A stretch of DNA of 63,437 nt from IMG/VR virus record IMGVR_UViG_3300029319_000008. One strand, 5' to 3'. This document shows, piece by piece, positions 7,718 to 18,000 of the stretch. Origin of the DNA: an uncultured virus (IMG/VR IMGVR_UViG_3300029319_000008) (taxonomy: Duplodnaviria > Heunggongvirae > Uroviricota > Caudoviricetes). Position 1 is the first letter of the stretch. Each line of letters begins with the position of its first letter. Position numbers and translations under genes: made by a program. Below the pieces are notes generated by a model, which saw only the letters and a program-made list of their open reading frames with translations, ran no database searches and was not told the DNA's origin.

Positions 7718-7776
7718 ATTATAACCTACATGCATGACAGTGCAACATGTAGTGTGACAGTTTACAAAGTGTCCAT
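7718..7776 (-). promoter_or_regulatory. Early promoter with palindrome (7753-7776)
   Basis: TTGCAC(7740-7745)-16-TATAAT(7718-7723); TGTGACAGTTTACAAAGTGTCCAT. Confidence 0.75.
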
Positions 7777-8001
7777 GTCTCCACCAGGTCTTGCCATCTG
7801 TGATACTTCTTTACGAATCTCTTGTTCCAATGATGGTGTTTGTGGAACCTCTGATTGAATTTGTTTTACTACCTCAATGCCACCTTTGACACGAAGTTTA
7901 AATTCTTGTAGTTTGTCTAGTTCTTCTTGCTTATCAATAATATCAGCATTTACTGCTTTCAATTGATTCTCAAGATTGTCTAGGTACTTTTGAAAGTCCA
8001 T
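7762..8001 (-). CDS. Coiled-coil hypothetical protein
   Basis: 79 aa with heptad pattern. Confidence 0.6.
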   Translation of the reverse strand: MDFQKYLDNLENQLKAVNADIIDKQEELDKLQEFKLRVKGGIEVVKQIQSEVPQTPSLEQEIRKEVSQMARPGGDMDTL

Positions 8002-8038
8002 ATAAATAAAAAGTTACTTTATTAGCATACCATAAATA
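8001..8038 (+). promoter_or_regulatory. T4-type late promoters
   Basis: TATAAATA at 8001-8008 and ATAAATA at 8032-8038, upstream of the 8064 ORF. Confidence 0.7.
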
Positions 8039-8063
8039 AAAAGAAAAGGCAACCCTTGTACTC

Positions 8064-11000
8064 ATGGCGGTAAAACTATTTAATAGAATTGGATTAAGGC
8101 GTGATTTCAACCTTGCTGATTTGATTAATCAGGAGTCAGCGTTAAATAACATCTTGAGAACTGATAGTATGTCAGGAGGGGATCCGTTTACTGTAGATGA
8201 TATTGCTCCGATTAAAAATATTTACATTACTGATATAACAGCAGAAACATTTAAGACATTAGATGGTATCACGGTAGAGTTTACAAATATAATTATTGAT
8301 GAAAACACTGGTCTTCCAGAAGTAGATAATGATGAAAACCCAGTAGCATATAGACCTTTTGTTAAGATTAAGAATAGATTAGATACAGCATACTTTACAA
8401 CTGGTGAACCTTTCTTCTTTGGTGGTAATGGTCCTCTTGCCACATACTATGATTCTAGAAACATTTACAGACAACCAGATGATTTAGTATTAAATGCAGA
8501 GTATGAGATTGGTGATGTTATATTATCAAGTGGTAATATTTACAGAGTAATTGAAGCAGGTGCATCAACCAGTGCAAGTTTATCACATGTTGTTGGATCT
8601 CAAGATGGATTCTTATTTGAGAGAACATATGATGTTAAGGAAGTGTTCTTCAATGGTACATATGATGTAATTACTGGAGAAGAAAGAACAGAGAGTGATA
8701 ATTTTTGGGAACGTGGATACTTTCTCTATCAAAATAAAATCAGAGATTCATATCTATCTTCTCTTGGTGGTGTTAAGTGGACTGGTTATTTTAAACCAAC
8801 AGTATCAGGTACACATAGATTTTACATTAGATCCTCTGGTAATTGTCAATTTAGATTCCAAGATCCTAGTACATTATCATCAGTAGAAACTAAGTATGGT
8901 CAACCTGAACCTACATTCTTATTAAATTATCTTATAAACAACCCATCACTAGATCCAATCACACAGAGTTGGATTACTTCACTTAAAGATCTATTAGAAG
9001 ATGATACAAAGAAATTTGTAGAAGTAAGATTAGAAAGTGCTTTACAATTGGCAACTGATGACCTTGTGTACATTGACTCACTACAAGGTCAGTTAATATC
9101 AAAACAATACAGAATATTCACACTTAGACCAACACAAACTGAAGGGAGTGTTGATAGATTATGGATTGATGTTACTGCTGATTTTAACCGTAAACAGGTA
9201 GATCTTGATGATTTACCTCAGTTTGGTAATGCTGTATGGGCAGATGCAACTGGTAATAGATCATATATTAGATATTATCCATATAAAAGAAGAACTAAAA
9301 AGACATATCTTAACTCAATCTATAAAAAATTAGAAATACCATCTGCTGAGTTTACTACTACACCATCTACAATCACATTTGCTGGTCCTAATGCTGATCT
9401 GTATTATTATCAGTTAATGTTAAGGGATTACCTTTATGATTACAGGCAACGTGGTACGGAGAGTCAAGGTGTAAGACGTTTTATTGTTACTGCTTTATCT
9501 GATAGTACAAAAACAGCAACTGTTGAAATTGATACTTCATATAATGGTACTTCAAATAATAACAATAATGATCAAGTAGCAAGATATGATGGGCAAGATT
9601 TATATGTGTTTCCAGAAGAATTTGGTGAATCACCACCATTTGGTACTCAAATAAACAATACTTACACTACAGGTGGTCTTGATGATCTTATTTCTGGAAC
9701 AACCAGAACTAATAATCTACACTTTGTTGCTAGATTTGGAGAAGCAGGAGAAAATATAAGAGGAAAATATATTACTATTGATCAATTTATTCCAAAGTAT
9801 GAAGAACATGCCTTTGAACTATCATTCTTTATGAAAGATGAAGACATTAAAAGAAGAGGTCAAATTGAAGAGAAAGGTATTATTATTTGGTATTCAGATG
9901 AGAATTCAGGATATGATCCAGTAAGTTACAAACACTTCTATGATCCTAATTATGAATTCTATCAAATTGGTGACTTTAAGACATTCTTAGATAATACTAT
10001 TGGATTTGGTGGTACAAGTAGAGAAACAGGTATTGAACAGAGAGCATTTGGTAAACCACAGTTACTTACTCCTGGTGATCAATATAAAACTTTTTATACT
10101 ACGTTACCTCTACAGTCAGTATACACTCCTAAAACAAAATGGAATGATATTGCTCTTGTACAAACGTCTGACACTCTTGCAACCACTAGAAAACTAAACA
10201 TACAAGATGTTGTTAATGTTGAGATTGGTAATTATGTTATACCTCAAGATGTTGCAGCATTTAATGGCACAGGAACTTTAATGTCAAGAGGAACACGTGT
10301 AATAGAATCTATTGCAGATCAATCAGGTGGAAATGGTGATGCTATCATCAGTAAGGTGTTACTTCAAGATACAACTAATACACCAATGGTCTTTTTAGAC
10401 CATCGTGGATTTGTAACTACATTGCAGGTAAAGAGTAAAGGTGGTAATGGTAATGACGAAGTATATTTAAAAGCAGGCATGCCAGAGGGAGCATGTAAAT
10501 TTGCACACGGAAATACAGTTGTTCGTACTGTTGATGATAGTGGTTCATCAAGTCAAATTTCATCATTTACAACATCTTCTGGTAGTGTCACCAGTGGTAG
10601 TGGTAGTGGTAATGGTGCTACATTTAACTATGTTACTGATGGTGATGGCGTTACTATTACAGGTCCAGGCGTAGGTCAAATCTTTAGATATAAAACATAT
10701 GTTGATGGAATGGATGATGTAAAGTCAGGTATGTTAATTGTTTCTAATCAAGATTCTGTACAATCTAATCAAACAGTTTATAGAAGAATTATTGGTTATC
10801 AGGACAATAATAATGATGGAGAAGGATTTATCTATTACAATAATCCAGTAGATAATCTTACTAGTGGTGATATGCTTTCTGCTATCTACTACGATAAAGG
10901 TATTGATATTGTTAAACCATTAGAAGCATATTGTTCTGGTATTACATGTAATCAAAACGCATATCAAACTGAGGTTGTTACTAACGCTGAGGGTGAGAGT

Positions 11001-12389
11001 CAAATTGTTACTTTCACTAATACTAAGTATATTGCACCACTTATTCATGAAAGTGACCAACCTTCTCTAGATTCATCTACAAATTCATATAGTGGTTCTG
11101 ATACATTTTCATTTACAGATGGTAGTGACACTGTACGTTACTGGTTTGACAATACTTCAAACCCATTTTATCAAGATGATATTATACATGTACAACTATC
11201 CACCACTGATCCTTTATATTCAGCAATATCTGAAAAAGGTTTCCCTAACACTGCAGGATTAACAGGAAATAACGATTATATACCTATTGCACGTATCATT
11301 GGATTTATTAAAGTTAAAAGAGGAACTAGTTTTACATATCATTATATTGCTGAAGTAAATTCTAAAGCATACACATGGTTAGACACTGAGAATGATTCAA
11401 ATGGTAATGCACTCAGTAAAAAAATTGATTGGACTAGATTCAATACCTCTGATTATTGGGTTGCTAAGTGGTCTTTTAAAAATGGTGGTTCACGTATTGG
11501 CAGTGGAAGTAATATTACTAATAAGAGTGGATTAACAAGTTACAAATCTACTTGGGCAGGTTCATCATCAATTGTAGAAGAATATCGTAAAGTAACAGGT
11601 TCATTTACTGTAACTGATGCAGAAGCATCTGATATTTTCCATAATCCTAATAGCGTTCCTGTTTCAGGTAATGGTCCAAATAGAGTATTACCTGCTAACA
11701 GTTATGTACGTAGAGCACTTGTTGGTGGAGTAAGGAAACTTATATACTTTAATGAGTTTAGTGAGTTCCAAGGTGCTTACAGTGTATATGGAAAGCATTA
11801 TACTGGAACTACTGACAATGGATTAACTGTTACTAATAATCAAAGCACTGACGCTCAAAGAATCCAACCTATTATTAATATGCAAAATCAGCAATTTAGT
11901 GATGCTAGAAGAACATCTACTAATGTTGCTGATGACCCATATGCATATATTCAATTTAGAAGTAAAATATATGAGTTAGTTGTTGGTAACTCTCAAGTTG
12001 AAAGTATTATTCCTTTTGTTAGATTTGTTCACCCATTTGGTATAACTGGCACAGAAAATAGAATTCAAAACTCTATGAATGCATTGACTGTTTATACATT
12101 TGCTAACACCACTACTAATAGAGAACTATGTTGTCCACCTCTTGATACATCACCACCATTTGATAGTTCTGCTATTGGTCTATCAACTACAATTAATGAA
12201 CCAGATATGGGTGTTGCTGGTGGATTAAATGTTAGAATCCTTAGTGCAAGACATCCAATTGCTGATATCTATGAAATCCCATCAGGTATTACCACATCAG
12301 ATCTTGATGTTGATAAAAAATTAAGAATTGATTTTGGTGGAACAAAATATGATTTGCTTATTGGAGATAATATTCCGTTTACACCTTAA
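8064..12389 (+). CDS. Large virion structural/tail-associated protein with a PA14-like domain
   Basis: 1441 aa; GLRRDFNLADL N-terminus; GGVKWTGYFKPTVSGTHRFYIRSSG resembles the PA14 core; late promoter. Confidence 0.7.
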   Translation: MAVKLFNRIGLRRDFNLADLINQESALNNILRTDSMSGGDPFTVDDIAPIKNIYITDITAETFKTLDGITVEFTNIIIDENTGLPEVDNDENPVAYRPFVKIKNRLDTAYFTTGEPFFFGGNGPLATYYDSRNIYRQPDDLVLNAEYEIGDVILSSGNIYRVIEAGASTSASLSHVVGSQDGFLFERTYDVKEVFFNGTYDVITGEERTESDNFWERGYFLYQNKIRDSYLSSLGGVKWTGYFKPTVSGTHRFYIRSSGNCQFRFQDPSTLSSVETKYGQPEPTFLLNYLINNPSLDPITQSWITSLKDLLEDDTKKFVEVRLESALQLATDDLVYIDSLQGQLISKQYRIFTLRPTQTEGSVDRLWIDVTADFNRKQVDLDDLPQFGNAVWADATGNRSYIRYYPYKRRTKKTYLNSIYKKLEIPSAEFTTTPSTITFAGPNADLYYYQLMLRDYLYDYRQRGTESQGVRRFIVTALSDSTKTATVEIDTSYNGTSNNNNNDQVARYDGQDLYVFPEEFGESPPFGTQINNTYTTGGLDDLISGTTRTNNLHFVARFGEAGENIRGKYITIDQFIPKYEEHAFELSFFMKDEDIKRRGQIEEKGIIIWYSDENSGYDPVSYKHFYDPNYEFYQIGDFKTFLDNTIGFGGTSRETGIEQRAFGKPQLLTPGDQYKTFYTTLPLQSVYTPKTKWNDIALVQTSDTLATTRKLNIQDVVNVEIGNYVIPQDVAAFNGTGTLMSRGTRVIESIADQSGGNGDAIISKVLLQDTTNTPMVFLDHRGFVTTLQVKSKGGNGNDEVYLKAGMPEGACKFAHGNTVVRTVDDSGSSSQISSFTTSSGSVTSGSGSGNGATFNYVTDGDGVTITGPGVGQIFRYKTYVDGMDDVKSGMLIVSNQDSVQSNQTVYRRIIGYQDNNNDGEGFIYYNNPVDNLTSGDMLSAIYYDKGIDIVKPLEAYCSGITCNQNAYQTEVVTNAEGESQIVTFTNTKYIAPLIHESDQPSLDSSTNSYSGSDTFSFTDGSDTVRYWFDNTSNPFYQDDIIHVQLSTTDPLYSAISEKGFPNTAGLTGNNDYIPIARIIGFIKVKRGTSFTYHYIAEVNSKAYTWLDTENDSNGNALSKKIDWTRFNTSDYWVAKWSFKNGGSRIGSGSNITNKSGLTSYKSTWAGSSSIVEEYRKVTGSFTVTDAEASDIFHNPNSVPVSGNGPNRVLPANSYVRRALVGGVRKLIYFNEFSEFQGAYSVYGKHYTGTTDNGLTVTNNQSTDAQRIQPIINMQNQQFSDARRTSTNVADDPYAYIQFRSKIYELVVGNSQVESIIPFVRFVHPFGITGTENRIQNSMNALTVYTFANTTTNRELCCPPLDTSPPFDSSAIGLSTTINEPDMGVAGGLNVRILSARHPIADIYEIPSGITTSDLDVDKKLRIDFGGTKYDLLIGDNIPFTP

Positions 12390-14968
12390 GCTTTCTTCAT
12401 TATAATAAAGAAATCTTCACCATTAATTGTAATCTTTAATTTATATGCTGATGGATTTGCTGGTGTTATAGCAAAATTATCTGCTAATGATTCACCTAAT
12501 GCACCATTACCACCTACAAATTTACTATTATCTGTAGCGTATGGTGCTGCACCACCATTTCTACGTAGATCAATATCAAGTTTAGTAGAGAAGAATAGAT
12601 CATTGATATTTACTCTATATGATGTAGTTTCAATTAATCCATCACTAATTGACCAAGGATTATAGTCACTAGAAAATGAACGTGTTTTTCCTGCAAAATC
12701 AGATCTAAGATTATTTGTTACTTGAGATCCTGCATCACTAATAAAAATACCAGGAGATGATTCCTCTGCTAATTGGTTATCATTACTATTAAAACTATCT
12801 GGATCATATGCAGCAAGTAATCCATCAATTTCAATATCTCTTTCATAATATAAATTTCTATCGACTCTATATTTTTGATCTTTTAAGTATGCTGATTGAT
12901 CTACAGTGTCACCAATATTATCAAGTTCCACAGTATAACCTTCATCTACATTATAACTAAATCCACCTTCTCTACCATATCCTTCTGAAACAGTTTCATT
13001 TTCAAGAATTTCAGGAGGTTCTAAGTTACCAACATTTTCAATTGTTAAAGAATCATCTCTTTTAAAAATAACATCTGGAAATAGTGTAGTTGTAGGTACT
13101 GTTGTACCAGAATATGTAGTGCTTTCTGTAGAATCTAAAGTGTATGTTTCTGATATTAATACAATCTCTTTATCACTATCAATAGTAGATCTTGGTGATG
13201 TCCTAATATAAAATCTATCTCTACCATTTGCATCAAAGACACCATATTCTGCACCAGTGTCATTAGATCCAATAACTGGAACTGAAGAAACTACAGTTAA
13301 ATTAAAACTACTAAATGTAGTACTTGGACTAAATCCATTACCAGAAGCAACAACTATTACATAATATATCGTAGTGTTGTCAATGATAGATGTAAATTTA
13401 TCTGCAACTCTAAAATCAATATTTGATACAGTGTATGATTCACCAATAGGAATAGTAACCCAGTTAGTTTCGTTAGTAGTACATGTTAGTTTTCTTCCAA
13501 ACTTAGAAAAAGAATCAAAGATATTTTGATCAGATCCACTCAAATCTTTAAAAATAGTAAAAAATGGTTTTACATATTGTGTGGTGTCTAAAACATAATT
13601 AGGATATTCTGGTACTCTTACCTCAGTAGCAATCACATGCCCTAATCCAGTAACATTTACTAAGGATTGTCCAAGTGATGTAGTGGCACTAACAGGTTGA
13701 TACAAAAATCCTGGATTATCAAATGTGGCACCATTGGGATTAGTAGAGTTTTGAATATACTCTCTCATCAATGCAATATCAGTAGCATCTGCTTCTCCAT
13801 GATCACCCACACCATCAACATTAGTTATTGATGGATTTAATCCTGTCATATATGCTACTAATGACACTGCATTAGTTCTAATAGCACCTGTCTCTAATCC
13901 ATTTATAGTAATATAATTATCTACCCAATCTTTAACATCATCAAGAAAATCTGAAAGAATTGTTTGATCAAAATTTTCACTATTTGTAAAAAATACTTCT
14001 ATTAAATCAATATCAAATTCAGACAATATACCGTCACCATCAATATCAAATAATTCTAAATTTGTGGTTAAAGTTTGTTGTGCAAATAATTTTCTATTAA
14101 TGTCATATGCTTTTTCAGTAGAATCATTAGGAGGTACAAATTTATTTACACCATTAATTTTACGTACATCATAAATTCCATTTAATTTACCACTAGTTTC
14201 ACTTATTTGAATTTTTAAAGTTTCAGTTTCTAATCCTGATGGATCCCATGCATAGTTTCCAACTAAAATAACTCTCCATGGAAATCCTGTCAATGTTACT
14301 GTAAATCCCTCTCCATCAATACCTGCTAAATCACCAGGAATATCACCACCTTCAAAGGTAGATGCACCTTGTAATCTATGCTGTCCAACAGTAAGCACAT
14401 CTGTTTGTTCAAATCCTACAATAGAATCACCAACAATTTGAGTAGTACCGCTACTGGTAATCTCTACAGAAGAAATTTGACCTCTAAATCCTACAGATCC
14501 AACACTACCATCAGATACAACAACTGTTGCTGTAGCAGAAAGGTTAGTTCCTCCACCACCTTGAAATTTAACTTCATATGTCCCAGGTGCATATGAATTT
14601 CCTCTATCAAATGTAATATCATAACCTCCTAATGGATTTGATAATACACCATCAGTATCAAATCCAACATACTCAAAATCATAATCTTGAATTAAATTGA
14701 TAGGTTGAATTTCAACAACATCATCATCTGTATAACTATACTCACTATTAAATACAAATTCAGTTCCTAATTCAACAGTTTTTGAGGATTCTTGTGTTCT
14801 TGCAATATGTTTAAACCTATCAAAAAATAATAAAGATTTCTGAGTTGATAATCCCTGAAATGTTCTAAGATCATCTGCTGCAGCTTCACCTGCTAGGTTT
14901 TCAATAAGTTCTTTACCGTTGGTGACTTCTGCTAGATTTAATTCTTGTACAAAACCTTGATTTGCCAT
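12386..14968 (-). CDS. Virion structural protein with dockerin/EF-hand-like motifs
   Basis: 860 aa; MANQGFVQELNLAEV; FDIDGDGILSEFD; C-terminal YKLKITINGEDFFII resembles the C-terminus of the 8064 protein. Confidence 0.65.
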   Translation of the reverse strand: MANQGFVQELNLAEVTNGKELIENLAGEAAADDLRTFQGLSTQKSLLFFDRFKHIARTQESSKTVELGTEFVFNSEYSYTDDDVVEIQPINLIQDYDFEYVGFDTDGVLSNPLGGYDITFDRGNSYAPGTYEVKFQGGGGTNLSATATVVVSDGSVGSVGFRGQISSVEITSSGTTQIVGDSIVGFEQTDVLTVGQHRLQGASTFEGGDIPGDLAGIDGEGFTVTLTGFPWRVILVGNYAWDPSGLETETLKIQISETSGKLNGIYDVRKINGVNKFVPPNDSTEKAYDINRKLFAQQTLTTNLELFDIDGDGILSEFDIDLIEVFFTNSENFDQTILSDFLDDVKDWVDNYITINGLETGAIRTNAVSLVAYMTGLNPSITNVDGVGDHGEADATDIALMREYIQNSTNPNGATFDNPGFLYQPVSATTSLGQSLVNVTGLGHVIATEVRVPEYPNYVLDTTQYVKPFFTIFKDLSGSDQNIFDSFSKFGRKLTCTTNETNWVTIPIGESYTVSNIDFRVADKFTSIIDNTTIYYVIVVASGNGFSPSTTFSSFNLTVVSSVPVIGSNDTGAEYGVFDANGRDRFYIRTSPRSTIDSDKEIVLISETYTLDSTESTTYSGTTVPTTTLFPDVIFKRDDSLTIENVGNLEPPEILENETVSEGYGREGGFSYNVDEGYTVELDNIGDTVDQSAYLKDQKYRVDRNLYYERDIEIDGLLAAYDPDSFNSNDNQLAEESSPGIFISDAGSQVTNNLRSDFAGKTRSFSSDYNPWSISDGLIETTSYRVNINDLFFSTKLDIDLRRNGGAAPYATDNSKFVGGNGALGESLADNFAITPANPSAYKLKITINGEDFFIIMKKA

Positions 14969-14977
14969 TTTTATTAC

Positions 14978-15055
14978 CTAGTGATGAGGATCATAATATC
15001 TTATCATCCATCCTGTTGCTGCTATTACTATAGCAATGATTATTAGTGCTGCCAT
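14978..15055 (-). CDS. 25-aa single-TM peptide
   Basis: MAALIIIAIVIAATGWMIRYYDPHH; exactly fills the gap between two structural genes. Confidence 0.55.
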   Translation of the reverse strand: MAALIIIAIVIAATGWMIRYYDPHH

Positions 15056-15059
15056 TTTA

Positions 15060-18000
15060 TTAATTAGTTATAACGGTCCAACCTTTAGCATTTAATTCTG
15101 TTTTAACAGTAATACCACCAGTAGTAGTACTAATTTCACCATTTACTGTTTGATATTGTTCTACCTTAATTTGAGTTCCTGTTGTAGGTTCAAAACCTGG
15201 TTGAAATTCAACTTGGTCATTAGCATAATCAAGTTGAACAAAAGCACTTGGTAAAATAACTTCACTTCCATCAATATATAATTTAGCAAAATTTACAGTA
15301 GTGTTAGGTGGATTACCTGTAGTAGCATTTGATATAATTAATGTCTGTAAATTAAATGTACCAGTTGGACTTAATGGATCTTGATTAACAGTAATTATTT
15401 CTTCTCCTGTTTTACTTGTACTGCTAGTAGGAGTAGTAACAGTAATTGCTGATGGTGGTGAATTACCAGTTCCTCCTAAATTAATAGTTACTCCACTTCT
15501 TCGTGCATTGTTGTAGTTAATGAGTAAATCATTAAGAATATTATCAATATTAGATTCATTAAGAAGATTATTTGATAAATCAAGGGATCTTAATCTAGTC
15601 ATAGTTCTCAATGAACCATTAGTATAAGCATTAATTTGATTATTATTTAAACCACAAAACTGTAAATTTGGTGCTGCAGCAGAAAAATCTGGAACAGCAC
15701 CTTGAATTTGATTGTTTGCTGCATAAAAATAATTTAATCTATTTAAATTATTTAATGATCCAATGGCAGAAATTATATTCTGACTTGCATAAAAAAATCT
15801 TAACCTGTTTAAGTTATTTAATGAAATAGTTCCTTTAAATTTATTATTTCTAAGATCAACTCTATAAAGATTGGTATTACCAGCAAATGATGGAAAAGGA
15901 GTTCCATCTGTAAATGCTTCACCCCAACCAACACCATTAGAATGTAACTCTCTTAATGCAGGAGCACCACTAGTAGAGAAGAATGAACCATTTAAATAAT
16001 TACCATTTGTATCAATTAATAAGTAACTTAATGATGGTAAACTAAATGTACCATCTTGGAACTCTGCTCCCTCATACCCAGATCCATTCCATGTTCCAAT
16101 ATTTCTACCAAGGTTATTACTAAAGATTCTAATTGAATTTACTCTCTGAGCATCTTGAAAAGTATCATCCCACATAATATAGCGTCTACCATGTTCACCA
16201 CCATTAAACACTGCTCCAGAACCTCCTGGACGACCACCTTCAACAGTAGTATTTCTAAAATCAATAGATCTTAATTGTGTATTACCTATAAATTTAGGAA
16301 TCATTCCATCTAATTTTGCTGCATAAAATCTTAAATGTCTAAGAGATGTACAACCTGATAAAGCATAATCACTTAATGCAGTTGGATTAGGACCATTCCA
16401 CAAATCATTATCCTGTGCTTCTGGTAGACCACCTGGTGCAAGATGATCTGCAACTCCACCTCTATCAGGGAATCTTGTATACTGACAATTTAAACTACTC
16501 AAAGTTGTTTTATTAGCAAGACCTGATGGAATAGGAAGAGAAGTATCGTATATAGAAATACTGTTAATAGAAGTCATCAATGTAAAATCAATACCACCTG
16601 ATGTAAGTGCTTCATTCTCACCAACTTGAAAAGTTGTTAATGGAGAATCAGATAATAATCCACCTAATGCCTGAGGTTGTTCCCAAATTGGATTTAGTTT
16701 AGTAAAATAACAATCATAAATGTTAAAGTATTCTAATTCATTTAAATTTACTCTAGGTGTTATTTCTACACCATCAACATAACCATACAAATCTTTTGGA
16801 TTACTATAAACATTTACATATTTAGAACTACCTGTTTTATAAATTCTTCTATTTCCAAGATTCTGTATATTAAAAGATTTTAATCTAGGAGTTCTAGTAA
16901 ATAAATCAAGCACCTCAACTTGATTTTGATAATTATTAATGGTTTCTAAAGTATCTGTAGTTCCCACTCTTGAAGGATCTTCAATATAGACATAATATAT
17001 GGGACTACCTTCTGTTGGAGAATATGTATACTTATCAAAATAGATACCTTTAATATCAACACTAGGTTCATCACCAATTTCAAATGTAAATGTTTGTTTA
17101 TTTTCAGGATCTAACCTAACAAGATTATATTCAGTAGAAGTTGCTTTTAAAACTAAAAAATCATTTGCATCTTTAAATTCTGAGTGTTGATTATAACATC
17201 CACGAAAGTTGATAGTATATGTTGATGTTGGTAATCTTTTCATTGTATGACTACCTAAAAATCTTTGGTCCTCATCAGAGTCAAGATAGAACCTATTGTT
17301 CTGCATATTAATAGTTCTTAAAACTGAACTATAAGCAGTTATTTCTGTTTTATCAGCATTATATGTTGGTTCATAAGAAATAGTTTTAAAATCAGGAATA
17401 GCAGATAGAATATTATTAACCATTGTAATGTTAGTAATATTCGGATATTTTACATTTGGAAATACTCCTATGTTACAGTTATTTGCAGTTAATGTTTTAA
17501 TAAATTTTGGAGGGTAATAGACCCTCATTTCCCTTTCTTTAAATTGTGAAGAGTTAAATCTTATTGTAGAATTACCACTTGAAACGTTTGGTTTTGATAC
17601 AACTTCATTACCATTATCAGTGTCTGTAAATGTATAAATTGGTTTTAAATCTACACCATCAACTGTATATGGATCGTGACCAAATGTCATTGTTAATCTT
17701 TTAAATGCTATGGTAAAAATCTGTGGGATTCCTTTCATTGCATATACATATCCATCTTGCCCATTAATATTAATTTTTAAAATTTCAGTGGGAACTTCTG
17801 TATTAAATCTTACTGGTTCTGGGTTATCTAAAACTTTTAAAATTGCTTCATTTGCAGGCACACTATAAGATACATCTTGTCCTAATTTAAGTGACCCTCT
17901 TACTTGTACAGATGCTCCATAAGAAATTGCCTCAGTAGGATTTGCTTCAGATCCACCACTCCATGCACTAACACGTGAAGTTGAAATATCACCATATTTT

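Noticed and set aside
391..7776. 24-bp repeats as a CRISPR array or transposon ends
   Set aside because: Degenerate, hundreds to thousands of bp apart, separated by genes and tied to promoters; no cas or transposase genes
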